A stretch of 64,000 bases of DNA, from the NCBI RefSeq assembly GCF_009914755.1, contig NC_060931.1; one strand, 5' to 3'. This document shows, piece by piece, positions 15,370 to 27,949 of this stretch (position 1 is the stretch's first letter; every line of letters begins with the position of its first letter). Both the position numbers and the translations under genes were made by a program. A model generated the notes under the pieces. The model made no database searches and was not told the origin of the DNA. It saw nothing but the letters and a program-made list of their open reading frames with translations. Source of the stretch: the human T2T-CHM13v2.0 reference genome, Homo sapiens.

Positions 15370-15785
15370 ACTGGTAACATTTTGAACTCTGAACTTGCCC
15401 TGCCTGCTTTTAAAGGCACATTGCCTCCTTATGGACAGAGCCCTCATGGAACTCTGATGAGTCACTACTTTCCATTCCCACAAACCACTTTCTTCCTCCA
15501 ATTCTTAGATCGCTCCATCTAGCTTCCTCTCTGCCCTGCTTCAGTTTGAAGGATACTTGCGTTTTTCCTAACACCTTCACTTTTATTCAACATCTGCCCA
15601 CTAAACTTGCCTCTCTATAGACAATGTACCTTATGGTAGATGACAAATATGCTCTCATTAGCACTCTTAAAGGTTCTTTGGCCATCCCTGCCTCAACTTT
15701 GTATCAGTTGAGGAATTTGTCCTTTTTTTTTTCTGTTATATCCAGGTTACAAAGCACATCTGTAAACTATTGGGTAACTGTATAG

Positions 15786-16134
<349 letters not shown>

Positions 16135-16234
16135 TGAAATTCTTTTAAAAAATGGCACGTGTTGCTATACATTCTCCCAAAAGCTCTAGTAACCTGCCAG
16201 ATCTCTTATTTGTATTAATATAAATAATAGTTCA

Positions 16235-16316
16235 TATTTATTGAACACTCCTTGTGATAGGTGCTTTATAAGCATTATCTCATTTAATCCTCATAACAAC
16301 TCTATGACAGATACTA
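16235..16316 (-). mobile_element. MIR, first half (resumes at ~17682-17790)
   Basis: attatctcatttaatcctcataacaactcta core; continuation ...gttagagacattaagtcatttgc.gcaggtcaca. Confidence 0.75.
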
Positions 16317-16793
16317 TTCTTCTTTTTTTCACATTCACCAGTTTATTATGAGGGATATTACAAAGGCTACAGATGAAGAGATGCATAGGATGAGATACGG
16401 GGGAAGAGATACAGAGCTTCCATTCTCAACCTGGGCTCGCCACCCTCCGGGAACCTCCAGGTGTTCAGCTATCCGGAAGCTCTCTGAAGTTGGTTTTCCT
16501 GGGTTGTTATGGATGCTTCCTGATATTAGCATTCCTTCCCCCCCGGGTACAATGCAAGACTCTCTCTGGAATGAGAGTTTTATGTCCCATAATCAGAAAA
16601 GTGGGGAAGATTAGAGTCCTGCCTTGGAGCAGGTGAAAGGAGGGCAGGAGAAAGTCAGAGACATTCTGCTTCCTGAGGCTGACCCTGAGGCCTAACATAC
16701 CCAACATTACAGCAAAAGACTGTAATAGGGGCTATGAGAGTTATGAGCCAGAAACCATGGAAGAAAGCATAGATAGATGATAGATAGATAGAT

Positions 16794-16826
<33 letters not shown>

Positions 16827-17681
16827 TCTTTTATATATCTACATATATAAACAGATCATAACACTACAGGCCACCCCCTGGTTTTCGAACACAGATCCAT
16901 TACATCAACAGAATATTCACAGTAACGAATAATTAGTCCAGTCCATCATATTGTATGAATGTCCCCCAGGGAGAGGCCATTTATGTTTGTTGGCTTTCTT
17001 TCAATCTTGTCAGGTTCCAAAAGCAGAAGTGGCCCTGGCAAATGTATAGCTTCACCTTTTCAGGCATCTGGAATAATTGAACTAAGAGACAATGTTATCT
17101 CTTGCTCTGAGACCCTTTCAAGTTGTTAAGGTAATATTGGATTTCCCTCCATTTATAACCCATTTTTTCATTTATTTACCCTCAGCTATTATTAGTACTC
17201 CTTTTTCCCATTTGTCATTTATTTTTTACCGAAACTTTTCCACCTTCGGAAGGGATATTAGGTTTGGCCACTGTGCTGGTCCACATTGCTGGTAGCAATA
17301 CTAGTCTAACAAGTGCCTCTCTCTCAGACCATTCCCGCCCACAGAAGGTAGGGTTACATGGGTTCTGGACTCGTGAGCCACCCTACTACCAGGCTATATA
17401 GCTGTATTCACTTTTAGCCCCAATTTGCCAGATGGGGCGAAGTCACAATCCACTCCCATCAGGCCCATAGGAATTCTGACATAAAGTTTTAAAACATAGT
17501 TTCTTAGTTACAGAAATCATCCCTGCTTCAGCAGTTATGTTGTAGCCCTGGTCCTAGGGCCCCTGCATCATGTAGGGGAGGAAAAAAAATGTGTTTAGAT
17601 GACTTGGGGAAGAAATAAAAAAATTATAGTCATTAGCCAGCATACCCCTCCCTTGGCAAGAATTGCATATTCATACCAGCA
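16317..17681 (-). mobile_element. MER21-type ERV fragment: internal 3' region + PPT + 3' LTR ending at the poly(A) site, with A tail and TSD
   Basis: MER21-like gatgaagagatgcatagg...ggaacctcca.gtgttcagctatccggaagctct; PPT/LTR junction at 16868; T-tract 16317-16329; TSD acagatacta. Confidence 0.75.
16770..16826. repeat. (GATA)n tetranucleotide STR
   Basis: Directly visible. Confidence 0.95.
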
Positions 17682-18070
17682 ACAGATACTACTATTAATC
17701 TCAAACTACAGGAGAAGGAATTTAGGGTTAGAGACATTAAGTCATTTGCTGCAGGTCACAGTCCAGAAAAAACGCATTTTAACCACTCAGCAGCTTCGCA
17801 TTCTTCTCAACAGGCATTTCTACATTTTCCCTGCTCTCTCCTGAAGCTCTCCAGGACTCCTGCACTCCAGTTCTTTCCAGCAAATGTCCTTAACTTTCCA
17901 CAGCAATGCAGGAGAGGAGACTGACTGGAGCAACTGTTTACACCTTCCTCTTCCCCCACATCTGTCAGCGTCTTTCCCCCAATATATATGTGAGAATTGT
18001 CAAGTCCAGATCCTCCTTTCTTCTTCTAGGTCTTGCATTCATTCTTTCCTTTAACTTCTCCCTACTAACG

Positions 18071-18392
18071 CTTTTTTTTTTCTTTTTTTTTTTTTTTTAG
18101 TTTTTTATTTTGAGACTGTCTCCCTCTGTTGCTCTCTCAGCCTGTAGTGAAGTGGCGCCCTCTCTCGGCTCACTGCAACCTCCAACCCCCGGGTTCAAAT
18201 CATTCCCCTGCCTCAGCCTCCCGAGTAGGTGGGATTACGGGCATACCACCACACCCGGCTAATTTTTGTATTTTTAGTAGAGACACGGTTTCATCGTGTT
18301 GGCCAGGCTGGTCTTGAACTCCCGACATCAGGTGCTCTGCCTGCCTCGGCCACCCAAAGTTCTGGGATTATGGGCATGAGCCACCATGCCTA
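18071..18392 (-). mobile_element. AluS
   Basis: Reverse Alu dimer. Confidence 0.9.
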
Positions 18393-19124
18393 ACTCCTAA
18401 TAGCTCTTCCTTTATAGAAAATGAACACGGTCAAACCTTTCTCATCTTAAAAAAAAATCATTAAGTTGTCCAGTCCTTCTAGCTACTTCCATTTTTTCAT
18501 GTTCATAGTCAAGCTTCATGGGAGTAGTCTGCGCCACTGGTGTCAATCCTCGAGATTAAGAGACCTAGGAGGACACAGGCCACACCTGTCTTGTTTACTG
18601 TTCCACCCACCTACACTTCATGCTAAGCACAGTTCCTACCCTAATAAGCATCTGTTAAAGTTTTGTTAAATTAGTGAAAAGATGCAGAGATGCATGGAAA
18701 AAATAAATAAGATTTCTATTGCCAATCAGTTTTTGAAAGCTGTGGTAGCCCTGCTTCTTCTAAACCCAAACTCATTATTCCCCTCTTCGTGCTTACCTCT
18801 CCTTCTGCATTAGCTTCTCCTCCCTCATCATGTATATGCAACAAGTCACCAGGTGAAAGTATTACATCAAACTAGCAAGCATGTGTGATATAAAAATAAA
18901 CACATTTATATTTGTCTCCCACTCTCCTTTGAAATATTTCCTCTGGGACTAGTTTCCACTTTATCTCTTGATGAAATATAGGGCAAGACCCATGATTTTC
19001 TGGTCACTTTTAGTGACCAGCTGTATTACAACCCTGAAGGCTCGGTCTCCCAGGGACTGATCTAAATTCTTCATTCAGAAAAAGTGTCTCTCTCCTTATG
19101 GGAGATTTTTAAACCAATAGTTTG

Positions 19125-19292
19125 TGTATTATACATATGCACATACACACATGTACATATATACACACATATGCATATATACAAATACATGTGATATATT
19201 TAAATTAAATATGAATATAATGTAAATCATACATGTTTAATGTACACATATCCAAATATATTTTACTATATGTAATGTACAGTATATATATA
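19125..19292. repeat. Low-complexity (TA/CA)-rich degenerate repeat
   Basis: Directly visible. Confidence 0.7.
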
Positions 19293-21060
19293 GTCCACAT
19301 GATATTCTGGGTTTCTTGTTATTTGCCTGATTGCCTTATTCTGAACCTTGTTTCTGTCTCTTGGTCCAGACCTTTTGGATTCATGCCTTTTAATGTTAAT
19401 TTCCCCACAAGACTGTTTTTCATTTGTCCCCTTTTGCTCTATGCATCCAAGTCTATCACCAGTTCCAATCTGTGGGCCCAGACCATCTTTGAAGGAGAGA
19501 GTGTAATTTCTACTCACTTGGGAGTTCTTTAAGGAGAGACATCATATCCATTTATCCTCCAAAATGGTACTTTTCTCCTGGCATCCTAATGCTGTTCCCA
19601 TCTTACACATGTGCTTTAGGACCCAGCAGAATACAGAATCCTAAATTGTCAAGCCACATATTTTGAGTCTGAAGTGATAGACATGTGAAATATTAGGTTG
19701 AACTCAGATAATCAAAGCTCAAGTTATATACCCCATCGTCTCTGCAATGGGAACGCCACAAATTCACTACCAAAATTTGCAGTAATCAAATTGAGAGTTT
19801 CAATATTAGAATTTTAGGTAGTTTGTCCCACCCCTTCCCATAACACCCACTGATGGGCTTTCTTATTACTCCTTGCGCATGCCCGCCCCCATCTATTCTA
19901 CCCCCTGTCACTCACTATTTGGCATGAGTAACTCGGCCTCTGTTTGTGCCTAGGTTCATAATGTGGCAGCTGTTTTCATTACCATCTCATTATTTCACTG
20001 AGGGGGAGATGTTTCCATGGTGATGCTGAACTGCATAAGTAGAGATTTTACTACACTGAGCTTTTATCTTCTCAATGTATTAGTTAGAGGGAACTGAGCT
20101 AGAACCTTTCCAATAGGAAAAGGGTTTGTAAATCTCCCTTCTGTTTCCTGTATCTGTCTGTGCTTTTTTCAATGAAGGTAGGTCGTAATTATGAATTTTT
20201 AACAGACGGGAGTTGATAAAGAAAACCAATAGCTGTTTCTCTGTATTTTAATTAAATTGCCCTTTTAACATATCCATAGAAGCTTCCAGAATAGCATTAC
20301 ATAGGACAATTGACTAGCACAATTAATTTTTTCAAAATAGCCCCACCAGGGAAAGGGAATTTAGAGTCTTGAGAAAAATTCTGGATGGGAACTGGCCCAA
20401 TTACTAATGTAATTACTGCTTAAGCTTTGATTGCTTCCCAAGTTGTCACTCCCTGGGGGAAACAAAGGGTCACAACAGCATTGAAATGATTACATAAAAC
20501 TTTTTCTACAGGTGAATGAGTGATGCTTGGTTTCATTAATTGCTTTGTGCTTAACCCTACTTTGCAGGAGAACTTTTAATACAGTTTAATACATTCCCCT
20601 TTGCAGTAAGCCTTCAATAATTTGATATTCACTGAAAGTAAATCTGCCCATGACAGCAAATTCTTTTTCATCATTTGCTTTTGGATTTTTAGCCAAATCA
20701 AACCACATTTGTTGAACACTGAAGTTCTTAAGCACTTATATTCTTATTTAATAACTGAAGTACAAAGACAATCAAAATGTTTAAAGTAAACAGCATTGAT
20801 AGTAACAGAATTAGTAAAGGCACCATTAAACAAATGCACCAATAGGATAAATACATTGGATCAAATCAATTATGGCATGGAATTCAGTTAAACGTAGATT
20901 TATCTATGACCTGATCCAATGGACTTTGATAATCAAAATAATACTAATTTCACATAGTTACTGATATGTTAATGTTATTGCTACAGAGATTTTGGCAAAT
21001 TTTCAACAAATGTAAGGCAATCTGTGGTATATCAGAATTCAATGTAACAGAACATTTCTT

Positions 21061-21207
21061 CGTTTTCTTCTTCTTTTTTTTTTTTTTAGTAGAAACGAGG
21101 GCTCACTATGTTGCCTAGGCTGATCTCAAACTCCTGAGCTCAACTGATCCTCCTGCCTTGGCCTCTCAAAGTGCAGGGATTACAGGTGTGAGCCACCAGG
21201 CCCGGCC
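21061..21207 (-). mobile_element. FLAM-C
   Basis: Left monomer only; TSD acagaaca(t/c)ttctt 21047-21060 / 21208-21221. Confidence 0.88.
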
Positions 21208-21224
21208 ACAGAACACTTCTTGAG

Positions 21225-21420
21225 GAACTATTATGTGTGTTAGACATAGTGGTAGTTTTTTTCCCCGATATTTCTTCGCTTATTTCTTGCAATAGCATAA
21301 AGTGAATATTACTATTTCCACTTAAATGATGATGAAACCAACATTTAAGATGTGCAACAACTAGTCATACATCAAACACCCAGGCAGTATTAGAAGTGGG
21401 ATTCAAATTCAGGTGTTTGT
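21225..21420 (-). mobile_element. MIR
   Basis: gatgatgaaacc...agaagtgggattcaaattcagg MIR-like core. Confidence 0.6.
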
Positions 21421-23837
21421 TTCTAACATCTCACTGGAAGGAATTATGAAATTATGGTAGTCACTATTAGTCTCTAAATAAACTAGGAAAGTTTTTTTGG
21501 TGGGGGACTTTCTGAACAATTATAGGGTGAGTGCCTGATGGAAAAACATAGAGTAGATAACAAAATCAAGTAGAAAAACCTTCTATAAAGAATTATATAT
21601 ATTAATAAACAATATTCAGCAATATCTTGGACAAGTAAATCATATATTAAAATGAAAAATCAGTTTTTTGTACATGAGAATTGGTTTGGTGGCCAGTTCA
21701 AGTATGAGTATAGTTTTCCCTCTCCGTGAGTCCTCATTTAAAATCAAAGTGCATTAGAATCGTTCATTCCTGTTTATTCTAAACTGTTTCTATTTCAAGT
21801 AAAGCCCAATTCTAGGAGAGTAACATCTATCTCTACATAAAATGTAACTCAAATATTCTCTTCCCTCAGTATTCAGATACAATCCTTAGAATACCATAAC
21901 TTGTACACTTGAAACAAGTGTAGAGTCAAGATATGATGATCTTGCCTAACTCACCCACTTGGCATTCAAAGTTCTATTTCATTACCTGCTAAGCCAGATT
22001 CAGTAAAATTTAGTCTTTGCTTATTAGAATGTTTTTATTTACATTCCCTGTAACTCTATGTTTTCTAGCTTTTAAATTAAAGAGAAATTTTGGAATTAAT
22101 GGTTAAGATGAAGAAAAATAAATTTATTGACATAGGGTTATCAGGCTATTCTCTGGCCAGTATATTTCCAAAATATGCAAGATAAAGCTAACACAACCAA
22201 AGTGTTCAGTCAAGTGTTTGTGGAATTGAGTTCTTTAGAAATTGTAATTATAGACAAAGCAGAGCCCCATTTGACTGCTAGCCAAGTATCACCTGGTACT
22301 ATTTTTATACAGTCTATTATTATCAAGAAATGTCTTCACAGAGAGTGAAAGTATAATGACCTTTCAGGCCGCTAAATGTGGATAAGAGCTCAATGTCAAA
22401 ACAGATTGCTATGCCTCACCACATAGCTAGAACAAAAATTAATCAAAATTTTATGTGTGCAGATGGAAATGCTTAAGCCAGTTTTACATACCAATTACTG
22501 TTTGGTTCCAAAAACCTATAACTTGTTCAAGATTTAATACACACTGAACAGCCTCAGAACTCCTTGAAGAATAATAATTCAAACTTAATGTAGAATATAA
22601 GTTGACTACTGTTTCTGTGTTCTTAATTTCTATATTTTTGAGTTAAGATAAGTTATAATTCAGAGCCACACAGGAGATGCCTTTATAAAATATGTTTTCT
22701 GCTGACTGGCCTTTTTACAAAGACTTATGCAGCATACTTTTAGTGATGTAGTACCACTGCTATTACAGGACCTGATTCTGCACTCCTTGTTCAGAATAAA
22801 AGACAGCTGAATTTAGGATCAAGAAGCAAGATTTTATTTTAGTATTTGTCATGGCTAAACCTTGAAAATTACAATCAATGAATCAAGTTCTTCAGGGCAT
22901 TGTTTTTTTCCTTTCGGTGCTGTTGTTTTTGTTTAGTAAAGCTATTGATGTCCAGATCAAAGAATACATGTTACTATTTTTATTTTAAATAATCTTTTCT
23001 TACTGTGTCAATAATGTGTGCTTGGGATATGAAAATTAGAAAAAAGATAAACTAAAATGAAAATAAAAAAATCACTCATAATTCTACCAGTCAGAGATGA
23101 TCATTGTTAACATTTTAGTATTTATATTATAATCTACTTAATATATTTTAAATAATCGACATAATATGCTAATATTAACAATAAATTTAAAATATCAACA
23201 TCTTCTTCTAGATTTTTTAAATTGCAATGTATCATACCATAACTGTCATTTAATAAGTAATATATTTTGAATATTTTTCCATGCCTTCGGTAAGTAACAG
23301 CCATGAAAATATTAAATGCCAAATATAAAGTGTTCCATTTAATGGATCTTCAGCTTTTTTGGTTTTATTACTCCCTAAAATGTTCTGAAAAATTTAGGTG
23401 CCCCATTGCTAATTTTAAGTCAACTTTTAAATTTTTTATCATGGGCTTAATAGTTACAAAGTGCCCCATTTCCACAACATTAAAATATTAACATCTTAAA
23501 TTAAAACTGCTAAAATGCTCTTAAATATAGCTAATGGAAACTGGTATCATAGTGATTTCATGCTGACGATCATGTGTTTGAGAAATACATCAAGATCTTT
23601 TAGTTAGAAAGTACTGTATGCATTATTCCTTTTCCTCCTTATATTATATTTCCATACACCTACCCCATTGATTTTTATTCCAATGTAATGTTTTTATGTT
23701 TAAAAGTATTCATTTTTTGAAAGTTTTTTTTGTTATATCTTTATGCCTCTTTGAAACAAAACTATACACATAAAATACACTTGAAAATTCATATATTGTG
23801 GGTAACCATAGAGCTCTAAGTACTAAATTTTCTTTTG

Positions 23838-23993
23838 AGCCGGGCATGGAGGTGCGTACCTGTAGTCTCAGCTACTCAGAGGGGTGTGGCAGGAGGATCG
23901 CTTGAGTGAAGGAGTTTGAGGCTGCAGTGAACTACAATCACACCACTGCACTCCAGGCTGGGTAATAGAATGAGACTCAGTCTTAAAAAAAAA
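23838..23993 (+). mobile_element. FAM/FRAM Alu monomer
   Basis: Single monomer with A tail. Confidence 0.85.
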
Positions 23994-24569
23994 TTATTTT
24001 GGATTGAGTTATGATTACATTTAATATTGAATAATTGATCAAACAGTTCTAAACATATTATGCTTTTATAAATTATTATTAAACATTTAACAGTAAGATT
24101 TTATCAGAAATGCATTTCTTGATATGATGGATGTAAGTCTTTTTTCAATAGATTGTATATCAATCAATAAATGTGCCTTATTTCTAAAATGAGACTTTTA
24201 GTGGAAATTAACAACATGGTCACTAATAAGTGTACAGCTTTTATGAGGTTTCTCCATGAATGTTTCTAAATGCATTATTTTCAGAAGAGTCTATAACAGA
24301 TTCCCTTTAAAGCAGTCCAAATTGCATAATTATGTGATAGGAATAACAAAATAAACAGAGAAGTAGTTGACATGTGATGAACAGGAGACTTATCCAAAGT
24401 GAAATGTGAATTTACAGTACTAGTAATATTTTAGCAAATGTTAATGAAAATATTTTCTTACAAGCCTGAATATATGTTAAAAAGACAACAACCCACTAAC
24501 TTACCTCCACCATTGTTCTTTTCCCTCAAACTTGAGGCCCTTACTACTGGAAGTAAAAATGGAAGTTTT

Positions 24570-25093
24570 TGTTACGAAGCAAATGAGCTTGCTGCCTGAT
24601 ACACATATGAGCCAATACTATGAGGCACATGCTTTTGAGAAAAAAAAAGGCTTTATAGCAAAACCGATTAGCAAGGAGACAAGAGCAGACTCAGATTTGT
24701 TTCCCCAGTTTGGAGTCTGGACAAATTTATGGGCTCAGAGGGCAGGGAAAAGGATTTAGGAATGTTGGTTTCACACGGTCTGATTGGAGGACTTTATATT
24801 TGACCGTTTATGGAAACATATGTCAAGGTGGATTTTAGCCCCGGATCTTCCAGGCCCATCCACCCCTTGCTTCTGATAAACTTCTGGTGTTCAGGTCCCT
24901 GTCGTGTCCTGGTCTTCTCGGTTCCAAGGGGAGGATTCACTGTTTCCAGATATTGTTAGAGCTCAAAGCTTTTTCTGTTGCACATGCTTGGACAACATGA
25001 CTTGCAGTTTGGGGCTCTGTTCTATATAAAAGTTAACTCAACATTTTGTTATTAACAGAGTAGACTCAGTTTGGGCTGGTCCCAAAATTACTA
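24570..25093 (-). mobile_element. ERV1-class LTR (MER31/MER34-like)
   Basis: tgttac start, gccaatactatga...ttttgagaaaa...aaggagacaagag..ctcagat.tgt.tcc resembles recalled ERV1 LTR ends. Confidence 0.55.
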
Positions 25094-25560
25094 CCTCATT
25101 CCTCCTTTAAGTCATTTTGAGAAAAGTAACAGAGACCCAAATGGTGTTTTGATTACATGAGACCCAAATCATGTCTTGATTAAATGAGGCTTCACAGGCA
25201 CCAACGTTTTGAATTGCCCTTTGTTTGGCACTCCATTGTCTTTATATAATCTGAGGAAATGTAATGGTTGTAAGGCTCAGGATGGGTAAGAGGCACGCCT
25301 TTCTTTGGTAAAGTGGACAAGGGTATCAGGGAAAGAGGAGGTGGAAAAGGAAAACAGACATGATGCTTTGACCATAGCACACTGTAAGGTGCATCAGTTT
25401 TAGGGAAAAAAGTCATTGAAAAATGAAGATCTGGAAATTGATTTTCTTAAAAGTGTCAATACTTGTTTGTGTTCCATAAGGAGCACCTTCAGGTATCCCC
25501 AAAGATAGCGAACATTGGGTTTGACATCACTGGCATATTAGTTCTTTAATAGTAAAACAT

Positions 25561-25903
25561 CATAGTGAGATCCCCCATCTCTACAAAAATACATTAAAAA
25601 AATTAGCCAGTTGTGGTGGTGCATACCTGTAATTCCAGCTACTGGGGAGGCTGAGATGGGAGGATCACTTGAGCTCAGGAATTCAAGGCTATACTAAGCT
25701 GTGATTGCACCACTGTACTCTAGCCTGGGCAATAGAGTGAGACCCTGTCTCAAAAAAACAAAAATAGGCCAGACCTGGTGGCTCATGGCTGTAATCCCAG
25801 CACTTTGGGAGACCAAAGTGGGAGGATCCCCTGAGTCCGGGAGTTCAAGACCAGCCTGGGAAACACAGGAAGACCCTGTCTCTACAAAAAAAATTAAAAA
25901 GAA
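25561..25903 (+). mobile_element. 5'-truncated AluJ followed by a left monomer, within one TSD
   Basis: TSD aatagtaaaacat 25548-25560 / 25904-25916. Confidence 0.85.
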
Positions 25904-26369
25904 AATAGTAAAACATTTACCTAAGTGTATTGACTTAAGTGATTAATAGTAAATCATTTTTGTTTTTAAGAAGGCCACTCAGAGGAAATTCCAGCATCCT
26001 AGATTTACTTACATATTTATCTAAATTTAAAAAATATTCCATGATAAGTTTATGGCTGGTAGAGACTAGCTCAGTTTCCTGGGCATATATGGAAACCCGT
26101 GAGGCCAAGAGAGGGAAATGATTCTTCCCATGGCACCTAAATACTTAGTAGTAACGTAGTACTGAGGATTGGAAACCAAGGCCTTTTTTTCTTTTTAACG
26201 AATCATAGAAAAATTCTTTTTCATTTATTTTTTAAAGCTTAGCCTAAATATAGTTTCAAACAGGAATTTAAAAATTGCCAACTGCCTCTTGCTAGGAAAT
26301 GAATCTAAATTCCACAGAACCTGAACTTTAGTGTCATCACCATATCCATTTATTCTTCATGGCTTTTTT

Positions 26370-26655
26370 ATTTTTGACTGAGTCTCGTTCTGTCGCCCAG
26401 GCTGGAGCGCAGTGGCGCGATCTCCGCTGACTGCAAGCTCCGCCTCCCAGGTTCACGCCATTCTCCTGCGTCAGCCTCCCGAGTGCTGGGACTACAGGCA
26501 CCCGCCACCACGCCCGGCTAATTTTTTGTGTGTTTTTAGTAGAGACGGGGTTTCTCCGTGTTAGCCAGGAGGGTTTCGATCTCCTGACCTCGTGATCCGC
26601 CCACCTCGGCCTCCCAAAGTGCTGGGATTACAGGCGTGAGCCACCGCGCCCGGTC
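26370..26655 (-). mobile_element. AluY (CpG-rich)
   Basis: Y diagnostics; TSD tcttc(a/g)tggcttttta on both sides. Confidence 0.95.
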
Positions 26656-27339
26656 TCTTCGTGGCTTTTTATCAACGTCTGTTTCCTTGGTTTCTGCCTT
26701 CGTAACTTGCCCTCTTGGTATTTGGAGTCTTTAACTTCTGCACTCCTCAAAACTGGACTGAGACTTTCCCCGTCATGCATAGTGCTTGTCTTGACAACTC
26801 TGTTTGGGGTTCCACTTGGCCTCAAGGAGACTGGGCCCAGGTAGGTCTTCTGCATCAGGGAAGCCCTGAAGACCCTCCACAAGTATTGCAGAGCTTCACT
26901 TATGCCACATTTTACGAACGCTTTCTGCTTCTTCATTACTTTTATTTTTTCATGACCCTTTCTGTGCCTCATGACCTTTCTTCGCACATCACTTCAGCTT
27001 CAGTCTCACTGCCTGATTCCTTCAATATTTACAATTGCAATTTAATTAGAGCAAAATTCTGATTGACACAGCTTATTTCTGCCTGGTTAGGGATTCTGAT
27101 GCCAAACTACACTGAGCCTGTAGACCAGTAGCTCACTCTTGATACAGTCAGATTTGGTGAAGGTGGAGCATGTTGCTAGAGGCTTGGGGCTGTCCCTTCA
27201 TAAAGGTTGCAAGTAGAACAAAATTTCTATAGAACACAGCCATGTCCTGAATAATATTGTTTAGCATCTTGATTTTTTTAAAAAATACAATATATTGTGA
27301 ACATTCTTTCATGATAATATTTTTCTATATTGTTTTAAT

Positions 27340-27507
27340 GCAATAGTTCCCAAATGATATTGCACATTGTACCTGGGGAGCTTAAAAAAAACAATGCCTC
27401 ATCCCCAGAAATTATAATCTAATTTGTGTGGAATGTGACCTGGTCTTTAAAATTTTTAAAAGATCCCCAGGTGATTCTAAATTGCAGACAACTTTGGAGA
27501 CACCACA
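27340..27507. mobile_element. MER5A
   Basis: tacctggggagctt...aaaagatccccaggtgattctaa. Confidence 0.75.
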
Positions 27508-27566
27508 TTAATGGCAGCAGAGTGTTACTGAATAGGAGCAGTATAGCAGTATAACTTATTTAATGA

Positions 27567-27949
<383 letters not shown>

